Origin: Eubacteriales bacterium
GTDB lineage: Bacteria > Bacillota > Clostridia > Oscillospirales > CAG-272
Assembly (NCBI GenBank): GCA_045580085.1
Contig: JAZNND010000039.1
Location: 11,387 to 75,386, forward strand
DNA: 64,000 bases
Direction of reading: 5' to 3'
Every line of letters starts with the position of its first letter. Within the stretch, counting starts at the first letter, position 1. Shown piece by piece: positions 1-7,843 of this stretch. Both the position numbers and the translations under genes were made by a program. The notes under the pieces were generated by a model. It made no database searches. It was not told the origin of the DNA and saw nothing but the letters and a program-made list of their open reading frames with translations.

Positions 1-47
1 TTGTATTATTCACTATTCATTATTCATCATTCATTATTCATTTAACA

Positions 48-1985
48 TCATGCGTCTTTTGAACTTGTGCTCGTCCTCGTTATTTTGAAAACAACTCCGC
101 CGCAAGCACTTACCGAAATGTTTTTTTCATCACATTCCCCATAATATACGTCAGATATTTGCCAACCTTGCCTTATATTCAAATCGGCTGTCACATCGAA
201 TGTAGAGTAATTTATTGCCATGACAATACGGTTATTATTATCCTTTTTGTGTTCTGTTACGCGAAGGACGTGAGAGTTTGTATTGACTATATGATTTTCT
301 TTAACTGCTTCGAATAATGGTAAATACCATGCAGAATATTCAGAGGTCTTATCTAAGCAGAAATTCTCGTTTGTACTTAAGTACTTTTCAATCGGAATTG
401 TGCTGAAATAAATGTATCCGTCTCCGTAGCGATTTTTTGTATAAACAGGACGTCCATCTTCTCCTGTAGCAAGGACTTCTGCCTCGCATGTTTCTATGAC
501 ATATCGATAGTCTGCCTTTAACGTAATAATTTTTCCGTTGATGTTTACCTTTTCTGCATTGTTTATCTTTTCACGGTAAGCTATCGTGACACCCGTGATT
601 TCAGGAAGAGAACGGAAAAGTCCTTCACCAATGGAAATATACAAGGACGCTCCGGCTTTTACTCTGTCCAACAATTTATCCAAATGTCGTTTGCATATAG
701 AATGAAAATTATTTATTGAGGGAAACATATACAGCGACGAGTCAGGAAGCTCTGTGGTGGCATGAGCAAAAGACATATTCATATTCGCCTGTAATGCCAG
801 ACAAAACGCCGTGTTTGCGGTTGAGAAAGGATTGGGTTCATTTCGGGAAAGAATACAAACCGCATCATCAGTCAATGAGGGTAATTCTTCAAGTTGAGGG
901 TGATGTAATACCTCAAGCACTTTTTTATGGATCTTGGCAATGGGCTTTGGCTTTCTGTCATATGTGAAAAATCCGTAATCGCTTCCGATGGTGTTCCAAT
1001 CATAAGGGGGATAATCCATGTTTCCTTGATCGAAGGCACACCACCACATGACACCAAAACAATTATATGCCCATGACGACAGAATAAGTGCACGGTAGAA
1101 CAAAGCTTCAACTTTTTGGCTACAGTTGGTATAGCCTATAGAACCAATTTCTTGCAAAAAGGTGGGGATGTTTCCAATATCACGGTACATACGGCAAAGG
1201 ATCGAGCTGTGAAGAATGGAACGCATTGAGATAAGCGGTGCATTATTTGTTTGAAAAATATTGTAAGTATGTACGGTGTGAATATCAGCGCACTCTGTCA
1301 CATCAAATATATTAAAGGCTTCCTGCTCAATGGGAATAGTGTCAAAACCGGTGATGACCGGCCGTGTAGGATCGGATGTCCTTATTGCGTCGGAAAGAGC
1401 ACTACACCACACATATGCTTCGTCAGGATTGTTAAGACCGTTGGTTTTGGCAAATCCATTACATTCATTTCCCAGATCCCATCCGACTATGGCACTTTGT
1501 TTTCTCATTCGTTTTACAAAATAGTGAATAAAACGCAACTCCCATTTTACTGCGGTTGGGTCATTTACGAGATTTTTTCCTTCAAGTGCGGGAGGAGCGA
1601 AATAGCGAAAACTCATATGACCGGTTATAAGACCAACAATGAGCTTGATTTTGTATTTTTCGGCTATTGAACAAAATTCTTCAAAACGTTGACAGGCTTC
1701 TTCGCTTACACCGGCGCGTCCAGCCTCAGTGTTTGGAAGAGGAGAGTGCTCAAAGGCGTACTCAATGATCTTGTTATTGGACATTAACGCATGAATTGGC
1801 TGAAAGTATGACCAAAGAGGAAAGATTCGAAGATGGGTTATTCCGTATTCGTGAATGATTTTTAAGTCTTTTTCTATTTCCAAGGTGTCCCAGTTTTCCC
1901 ACATTTTAATAGCATGCTTGGAAGACCAATAGTTAAGCCCCAAAAACAAATTTCCGTTTTTGCATAATTTGTTGTTAATTTTCAT
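48..1985 (-). CDS. Glycoside hydrolase, clan GH-A TIM-barrel type (GH5/GH42-like), cytoplasmic
   Basis: 645-aa ORF with an AAGGAG SD just upstream of the ATG at 1985. 'GWDLGNECNG' fits the Asn-Glu acid/base motif of clan GH-A, and 'LQEIGS' is a plausible nucleophile strand. No signal peptide. Confidence 0.6.
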   Translation of the reverse strand: MKINNKLCKNGNLFLGLNYWSSKHAIKMWENWDTLEIEKDLKIIHEYGITHLRIFPLWSYFQPIHALMSNNKIIEYAFEHSPLPNTEAGRAGVSEEACQRFEEFCSIAEKYKIKLIVGLITGHMSFRYFAPPALEGKNLVNDPTAVKWELRFIHYFVKRMRKQSAIVGWDLGNECNGFAKTNGLNNPDEAYVWCSALSDAIRTSDPTRPVITGFDTIPIEQEAFNIFDVTECADIHTVHTYNIFQTNNAPLISMRSILHSSILCRMYRDIGNIPTFLQEIGSIGYTNCSQKVEALFYRALILSSWAYNCFGVMWWCAFDQGNMDYPPYDWNTIGSDYGFFTYDRKPKPIAKIHKKVLEVLHHPQLEELPSLTDDAVCILSRNEPNPFSTANTAFCLALQANMNMSFAHATTELPDSSLYMFPSINNFHSICKRHLDKLLDRVKAGASLYISIGEGLFRSLPEITGVTIAYREKINNAEKVNINGKIITLKADYRYVIETCEAEVLATGEDGRPVYTKNRYGDGYIYFSTIPIEKYLSTNENFCLDKTSEYSAWYLPLFEAVKENHIVNTNSHVLRVTEHKKDNNNRIVMAINYSTFDVTADLNIRQGWQISDVYYGECDEKNISVSACGGVVFKITRTSTSSKDA

Positions 1986-2103
1986 ATTTTCTCCTTAACT
2001 TGACTTTTTTTAATTTATACACTATAATATTAATATAAGAAATCACATTGTTCTTGCGATATTTTAACTTAAATGTTGCGTATTTTAAACGCTTTGGAGT
2101 GAT

Positions 2104-2910
2104 ATGGATTACACTGTTGAAAAAATTGAACCAAAAGAAAAAGATTTTTCGGTAAGCACAGGTAACATCTTTTGTTACCGCGCCCACATACATTCTTATT
2201 ACGAGATCATTTTATACGAGCCGTTTTGTGGAAATGTAACGGTGAACGAAAGAAAACTCGGTATGAAAAGTTATACTTGTGTTATGATTGCACCGTGGGA
2301 GTTGCACAAAATTGAAGTCGCAGAGAGAACTAAGGCGAATTTTATTAAAATAAGGGTTAGGTCGGAAGTTTTTGACGCAAAACGCTCCTATCCGTCTTTT
2401 GTTTTAAAGAAAATTGAATCAAACGATTTTCTTATTGCGATGTTTCACGAACTTTTGCAAAATGGTTTTTCGGAGCAATATGTATATCATATCGTTAACG
2501 CAATTGTGTTGCAGATCATTTCACGTGGCGAAACTGTGGGAGGGCTTAAGAGAGGAGAGAAATACCGATTGGCATTGGAGGCAGCCAAAATCGTACATGT
2601 GGATTTTTCATTTTCTATATCGGAAAGTGACGTGGCAAAACGCATTTCGATTTCTCCTCAATATCTTTCCAAAATATTCAAACAAATTTTTGGGGTTGGC
2701 TTTTCGGATTATCTTATAGATATTCGCTTGCGCCATGTCGCAAATTTACTGATCGAAACGGAAAAATCAATTACCGAAATTTGCTACGAAAGCGGATTTG
2801 GAAATTTTTCTCACTTTCTGCGAAGCTTTAAGAGAAAATATCATTTAACACCCCGCGAATTCAGAAAAAACAGATCTTGCGTTTTGGAGCAGGGTTTATT
2901 AGAGCAGTGA
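2104..2910 (+). CDS. AraC family transcriptional regulator (cupin N-domain + HTH)
   Basis: 268 aa. C-terminal AraC-type double HTH ('SPQYLSKIFKQIFGVGFSDYL...ITEICYESGFGNFSHFLRSFKRKYHLTPREFR'). Divergent from the GH gene at 48-1985. Confidence 0.85.
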   Translation: MDYTVEKIEPKEKDFSVSTGNIFCYRAHIHSYYEIILYEPFCGNVTVNERKLGMKSYTCVMIAPWELHKIEVAERTKANFIKIRVRSEVFDAKRSYPSFVLKKIESNDFLIAMFHELLQNGFSEQYVYHIVNAIVLQIISRGETVGGLKRGEKYRLALEAAKIVHVDFSFSISESDVAKRISISPQYLSKIFKQIFGVGFSDYLIDIRLRHVANLLIETEKSITEICYESGFGNFSHFLRSFKRKYHLTPREFRKNRSCVLEQGLLEQ

Positions 2911-2976
2911 TATGAAAAATTCTTTATCATAAGGTTGCATTTTTGTACTACGAGCGCACAAAAAAGCCTAACGCAA

Positions 2977-3328
2977 TGGGTGTTGTCCTTATCGGAGAAA
3001 TAAAATAAGGGTATGGGCATAGCCCGAGGCATTTGTTAAACAAATGCGAAACTGGCGATAAAACAGAAGAGAGTTAACGGTTTTAGCCATTAACTCTCTT
3101 TTTCTGCTTTGTGAAGTTTTTGCTGACGCAAAAGTGAAGTTGTGCAGATGCTTTGCATCAAGCACAGTGAAGTTGTTCGCCACAGGCTCACAGTGAAGTT
3201 AAGTTTGCTATTACTTCGCCGTAGGCGAAACTTCACTCACGAAGTGAACTTCACTATCGCAGATAACTTCACTTGCCCGAAGGGCAAACTTAGTTTTAGC
3301 GTGTTTTCCGTTAAGGATAACACGCTAA
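2977..3328. repeat. 352-nt MITE-like insertion inside a terminator hairpin loop, carrying inverted arrays of the 9-mer AGTGAAGTT/AACTTCACT
   Basis: It is flanked by the two arms (2960-2975 and 3330-3345) of a hairpin that is contiguous at 9143-9176. It has imperfect terminal inverted repeats, an internal hairpin with a T-run at 3067-3103, and no ORF with protein-like sequence. Confidence 0.55.
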
Positions 3329-3536
3329 CTGCGTTAGGCTTTTTTGAACGATTGCTTCCTTCGGAAGTGAAGTGCGCTTCGCGCGTGAGGTGTGCCTTCG
3401 GCACGATGATAGGAACACATCACTGCGACCGCAGGGAGCAACATCACTATGCGAAGCATAACATCACTTTGGCGAAGCCAAAACTTCACTAAGTCTCAAA
3501 GTCCTTGATTTCGGGGGACTTTTTTGGTTTTTAGGG
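3329..3536 (+). repeat. Intergenic mini-hairpin repeat element, copy 1
   Basis: About 209 nt, nearly identical over its 3' two-thirds to 9159-9376. It consists of small TTC/GAA-capped hairpins separated by AACATCACT/AACTTCACT and ends in a terminator. Confidence 0.8.
3499..3525 (+). terminator. Rho-independent terminator closing repeat copy 1
   Basis: Stem aagtcc/ggactt with an 11-nt loop, followed by TTTTTT. Confidence 0.6.
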
Positions 3537-3633
3537 CAAAAATTTAAGAAATTACCTTGTGACAACTCCTTGCGAACCATCGGGGCTTGAACCCTCAACA
3601 ATACAAAATATATCTATTATTTTTGAAAACCTA

Positions 3634-3664
3634 TTGACTCTCCCATAAGGGGAGGGTGTATAAT
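3634..3664 (+). promoter_or_regulatory. MerR-type promoter with 19-bp spacer and operator dyad
   Basis: TTGACT (3634-3639), a 19-nt spacer, then TATAAT (3659-3664). The spacer contains the dyad ACTCTCCC-ataag-GGGAGGGT (3637-3657). It lies 27 nt upstream of the MerR-family gene. Confidence 0.7.
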
Positions 3665-3690
3665 TGATATTGAAATGGAGGTGAATACCT

Positions 3691-4494
3691 ATGATTCGTA
3701 TAGGAGATTTTTCGAAGCTTTCCAAAATATCAATTAAAGCGCTGCGATACTATGACAAAATCGGTCTTTTGAAGCCTGCCATGATCGATAGCGCGACACA
3801 ATATCGGTATTATACGGTCGAACAGTTGGAAATCATCCGTTTAATTTCCATGTATAAAGATGCAGGCTTGACAAACGATATGATTTTAAAACTGATTCAC
3901 CAAACGGGCGATGCGTATATGTTACTTGAATATCAGAAACAAGTTCTTACTGAACGTGCCCAGGAAATCAAGAGAGCTTTGTCCACGCTTGATATATTAC
4001 TTGGGGAGCAAAGCAGACAGCAGTATGAGGCGAGCATAAAACGTGTGGAAAAACGTTTGGTGTATTGTTGTCGAGGCTATGTTGCAAACGTTGAGAGTAT
4101 TCATGAGTTTGTAAAATGCTGTTCATCAGAACTTTTAAAAACCAATCCTAACATCAAATTTTCTGAACCCGATTACTGCTGTGTGATCTATCCGGATGAC
4201 GGATATCGCGAATCCAATATATTTATTGAATATGCGCAATCTGTGGACAGAGTAGGTGTGGATACAGAAATTGTAAAATTCAAAGAGATTGAACCGATCA
4301 CAGCCATCAGTGTGATACACTATGGGAAATATGATACCTTGCGTGATGCGTATCTTTTTGCCGTTAACTGGGCGCGGAAAAATGGATATGTGCTTGCGGG
4401 AGAACCGAGAGAACGGTATATTCACGGTGCGTGGGACAGAAAAGAAGAAGCGGAGTGGGTTACGGAATTGCAGTTGCCCGTAACGGAGAAATAA
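3691..4494 (+). CDS. MerR family transcriptional regulator with GyrI-like effector-binding domain (BmrR-like)
   Basis: 267 aa with a GGAGGTG SD. N-terminal 'IGDFSKLSKISIKALRYYDKIGLLKP' is a MerR HTH. A coiled-coil linker is followed by a ~150-aa C-terminal domain. Confidence 0.85.
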   Translation: MIRIGDFSKLSKISIKALRYYDKIGLLKPAMIDSATQYRYYTVEQLEIIRLISMYKDAGLTNDMILKLIHQTGDAYMLLEYQKQVLTERAQEIKRALSTLDILLGEQSRQQYEASIKRVEKRLVYCCRGYVANVESIHEFVKCCSSELLKTNPNIKFSEPDYCCVIYPDDGYRESNIFIEYAQSVDRVGVDTEIVKFKEIEPITAISVIHYGKYDTLRDAYLFAVNWARKNGYVLAGEPRERYIHGAWDRKEEAEWVTELQLPVTEK

Positions 4495-4495
4495 A

Positions 4496-5374
4496 ATGAT
4501 AATATACTACTGCTTATTACTATTTTCCATCATTCTTGCGGTTTGTAAAAGTTCACTATACAATTCATATGCGCACAAAAGTGAGCTAACGATAGAAGCA
4601 ACCTTTCGTTTTAATGCAATTAGCTATGGTGTGGCAACGATCATCTCGTTTGTGGGAGTGTTGGTGAGTTCCGCTGCAGCTTCTGTAATGACTATAATTT
4701 GTGCGTTTTTCTATGCCGTGATCGTGTTCAGCCTGCAAACAATTTCTATCTCGGCTATGAGCGTCGGCGCGATGTCAACGACCTCGATTTGCGTGATGTA
4801 CGGAATGATTATTCCATCGGTTGCGGGACCGATTTTTTGGAAGGAGCCGATTAGCTTTTTGCAAATTGGTGGGATTGTCATGATGATCGTTTCTTTATGG
4901 TTGATTAAAGGAAAAGCGTTGCCAAAACAGCAAAAAGGCGATAAAAAATGGATGGTATTAGCCGCTTTTGCATTTGTACTTTCCGGTATGGCAGGTGTAA
5001 TGGAAAAAATTCATCAAAGCACGGAGGCAAAGGACGAGCGACTGCCATTCGTGTTTGTGGCTTGCGCGTTTATGTTCTTCTTTTCACTTGTAGCAAGATG
5101 TATAACGGGAAAGGGCAAGTATAAAACTTCCACGAAATCGACAATGGCACTTGCTATGCTATCTGGAACGGTCATTGGACTTTACTCTACCGTAAATCTG
5201 ATTTTGTCGGGTAAACTCGACAGTATGGTCTATTACCCGATTGCCAACGGTGGTGCTATGCTGTTGACTGTGTTGGTATCAGTCATTGTTTTTAAAGAGC
5301 ACTTTGATAAACCAAGAATTTTCGGAACCATTATGGGATTGCTTGGCATATTGTGTTTGAGTATACCCATTTGA
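4496..5374 (+). CDS. DMT-superfamily (EamA/GlcU-like) 10-TM transporter
   Basis: 292 aa, about 10 hydrophobic helices in two halves. The start is 1 nt after the MerR stop (translationally coupled). Confidence 0.6.
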   Translation: MIIYYCLLLFSIILAVCKSSLYNSYAHKSELTIEATFRFNAISYGVATIISFVGVLVSSAAASVMTIICAFFYAVIVFSLQTISISAMSVGAMSTTSICVMYGMIIPSVAGPIFWKEPISFLQIGGIVMMIVSLWLIKGKALPKQQKGDKKWMVLAAFAFVLSGMAGVMEKIHQSTEAKDERLPFVFVACAFMFFFSLVARCITGKGKYKTSTKSTMALAMLSGTVIGLYSTVNLILSGKLDSMVYYPIANGGAMLLTVLVSVIVFKEHFDKPRIFGTIMGLLGILCLSIPI

Positions 5375-5385
5375 AAGGAGAAAAA

Positions 5386-6525
5386 ATGGACAGAAAAATA
5401 AAACTTTATAGCGACGGTATACATGATGATACAAATTCGGTACAAGCAATGCTGGATCAATGCGGAACGGTTGAAATACCGGACGGACAATATTTGATAA
5501 GTAAGCCGTTGATCATCCACAGTAACACACATTTAAAGCTTGCGGAACACGCTACGTTACGTCTTGCGGATGGGGCAAATTGTTCTATCCTGGACAATGA
5601 TGGTCTTTACAATGACGAAACAAACGTAAACATTATCATCGAGGGTGGAATTTGGGACGGAAATCATATGATGCAAGAGCGTCAAAAGATTCCGAACGAG
5701 TGTCGTCCGGGGGATGAAAACGAAGATAAGGTTTGCAACAAGGAAACCTATATTTCCAATATTTACACAGTATTTATGGTGCGATTGGTTCATACGCAAC
5801 GTTTGCAAGTCAAAAATCTGACTTTTAAAAATCCGACAAGCTATGCCATTCATATTGCGGATAGCCGTTATTTTAATGTGGAAAATATCACCCTTGATTA
5901 CGATCTTTTAAAACCGAATATGGACGGAATTCATATCCAGGGTCCTGCGCGATATGGCAAAATTCAAAATATATTCGGAAATGCCAACGATGATCACGTA
6001 GCACTCTGTGCGAACGGAACGATACGAAGTGAAATCACGCACGGAGATATTGAGGATGTGGATATCAACGGGATTTACTGTGATAACGGATATACGGGTG
6101 TGAGGTTGCTTTCCCGTGGAGATGCGATTCGAAACATTCATATTTCCAATATACACGGCGAATTTCGTTTTTACGCGGTATCCCTAACGCATCATTATCC
6201 GCTTCGTGAAGATAAGCCAATTTTGCTTGAAAACATACACATTTCGGACATATATGCTTCAAAGAGCCACGCTGAGTGTGCGGAGAATCACAAGAATGCA
6301 GTAGAGAACGGCGCACTGATTTGGTTAGAAAAAGGAATTATCTGCCGAAACGTAACTGTTGAAAATGTTTATCGAAATGAAAGGAGTATCCGTACTAAAG
6401 CACCTACGGTACGTATTAGTGAAAACGTGGTTGCAGAGAATTTGCAGTTTAAGAATATTAACAATGTATTTACGGGCGAATCCTTGACATCAATAGAAAA
6501 CAATAGTGAATATGTTGTGTTGTAA
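5386..6525 (+). CDS. Right-handed beta-helix protein, pectate-lyase-3 / GH28-like
   Basis: The ORF track starts at 5353. The ATG at 5386 follows GAAAGGAG. 'DGIHDDTNSVQAMLDQCGTVEIPDGQYLISKPLII' is the typical N-terminus of this fold. Repeated 'I.I....N..I.N' coils, no signal peptide. Confidence 0.6.
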   Translation: MDRKIKLYSDGIHDDTNSVQAMLDQCGTVEIPDGQYLISKPLIIHSNTHLKLAEHATLRLADGANCSILDNDGLYNDETNVNIIIEGGIWDGNHMMQERQKIPNECRPGDENEDKVCNKETYISNIYTVFMVRLVHTQRLQVKNLTFKNPTSYAIHIADSRYFNVENITLDYDLLKPNMDGIHIQGPARYGKIQNIFGNANDDHVALCANGTIRSEITHGDIEDVDINGIYCDNGYTGVRLLSRGDAIRNIHISNIHGEFRFYAVSLTHHYPLREDKPILLENIHISDIYASKSHAECAENHKNAVENGALIWLEKGIICRNVTVENVYRNERSIRTKAPTVRISENVVAENLQFKNINNVFTGESLTSIENNSEYVVL

Positions 6526-6868
6526 TTTTGTCCTGTAATCACAAAAAATTCCGTACACGCGAGTGTGCGGAATTTTTACTTTTTACCTTTTCACTTTTCA
6601 CTAAATTGGCGTGTACGGAATTTTAGGTAATAGGAAATAGTGAATAGTGAAAAAGTAAAGGTTGATTTGCTTTGCAAATCTTCATTTTATTAAGTTGCAT
6701 TTTTGTACTATGAGTTCATCGTTACAGGACGATTTTACAACCTGTGGCAAAAAGCCTTGTTTTACAAGGCTTTTTTGTCGTTTTGGGGCAAAAAAACGAG
6801 CGAAAAAATTAATCCAACTCTTTGCGAACCTTCGGGGCTTGAACCCTCGACAATATCGCAGTTTTGAA

Positions 6869-7714
6869 CTAACTTCCTTTTTTGGATATAATATACTTAC
6901 TTGGAGACATACCGTATCGTTTCTTGAAAGCTTTGTTGAAATATGAAATATTGTCGAATCCGCACTCAATAGCGATATCAAGGAATTTATCCGTTGTTCC
7001 CAATAACAACGACTCCGCTTTTTTTAGCTTCAATAAAAGGCAGTATTCATGAAAGCTTATATGCATTTCATTTTTAAACAAGCGTCCCATATATTTCTCG
7101 TTTTTATGATAAATGGCAGACAAATCCTTTAGTGTTGGATTAAAACAATACATACAATCGGCATGTTGCTTGAGAGCGAAAACCAACCAGTGCATAGAAG
7201 TGGATACTTTGCGTTCTTTTATGTACAGCGTTGTGATGTAATCGCAAACAATTTCAGCAATTCTCAAAAATTCATCAGGAGTATTGGAAAACTCACAGTT
7301 CTGCGTTTGTTCGTAAAGCGTTTTTCTGTCAACACCCGTGTGGCGGCAGACTTTTTCTATTCTGGATTTGGTATGATCTATGTCTACAATAGCATTTCCA
7401 ACGTAGACAATTGCCACCACCTTTTCCCCTATGATAACGGGCATAGCCGCCTCATAAATGCCATATATGCAGTGACCGTAAAAGGGCTTTTTTAATGTGA
7501 TGGCTTTGGCATTTGCCAGACTTTTACAACGCAAGCAAGCGCGGTAGCCCTTTTCTGTGGACTTGGCAATATCACAGAATTTTTTTGAATGAATCACGTT
7601 TTCAAAACAGATTCTGGTTGAAGGAGTGTTGAGTATGCCGTTTAAATCCAAGATGCTGATATGCAGCTTTCTTCCCTTTGTTAGCATATCAATCAATACC
7701 TGAAGATTTTGCAT
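6869..7714 (-). CDS. PocR-sensor / AraC-HTH transcriptional regulator
   Basis: 281 aa. The N-terminal Cys-rich PocR-like domain ('YRACLRCKS...GHCIYG') is followed by an AraC HTH ('ECGFDNISYFNKAFKKRYGMSPSKY'). Confidence 0.75.
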   Translation of the reverse strand: MQNLQVLIDMLTKGRKLHISILDLNGILNTPSTRICFENVIHSKKFCDIAKSTEKGYRACLRCKSLANAKAITLKKPFYGHCIYGIYEAAMPVIIGEKVVAIVYVGNAIVDIDHTKSRIEKVCRHTGVDRKTLYEQTQNCEFSNTPDEFLRIAEIVCDYITTLYIKERKVSTSMHWLVFALKQHADCMYCFNPTLKDLSAIYHKNEKYMGRLFKNEMHISFHEYCLLLKLKKAESLLLGTTDKFLDIAIECGFDNISYFNKAFKKRYGMSPSKYIISKKGS

Positions 7715-7763
7715 TTTTTATATCCTAACTATATTTTTTTGCTTTATTATACCATAAAAGTTT

Positions 7764-7823
7764 CTTTTGTACAAGAGTTTTTTACCTTTTGTACGAGACA
7801 AACGTAAGTAACGGTGCTATAAT
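7764..7823 (+). promoter_or_regulatory. Candidate activator sites (2 x CTTTTGTAC, 22-bp phasing) abutting the promoter of the FAD-oxidoreductase gene
   Basis: CTTTTGTAC at 7764-7772 and 7786-7794. GAGACA (-35-like, 7795-7800) is followed by 17 nt and then the extended -10 TGcTATAAT (7815-7823). Confidence 0.45.
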
Positions 7824-7843
7824 AAAAGAAAAATCGGAGGTGT

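Noticed and set aside
3142-3492. The ORFs at 3142-3492 (116 aa) and 9090-9332 (80 aa) share the C-terminus ...CDRREQHHYAKHNITLAKPKLH, which looks like a conserved small protein.
   Set aside because: The shared part is the mini-hairpin repeat. The two copies differ by a 5-nt indel (cacatcacATCACtgcg), so the upstream halves are read in different frames. Both ORFs run through terminator hairpins, have no SD and have non-protein-like composition. The conservation is at nucleotide or structure level, not protein level.
3110-3536. Possible CRISPR array (regularly spaced repeats with variable intervening sequence).
   Set aside because: The repeat is only 9 nt and the 'spacers' are 9-13-nt self-complementary hairpins. 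The repeat occurs in both orientations. There are no cas genes or leader in the window. These dimensions are incompatible with CRISPR.
3563-3605. tRNA-like T-arm (minus strand reads GAGGGTTCAAGCCCCGAAGGTTCG), possibly a tRNA fragment or att site.
   Set aside because: No complementary T-stem, acceptor or anticodon arm can be drawn. There is no similarity to the 3' end of the tRNA-Lys in this window. It is kept only as part of a repeat module.
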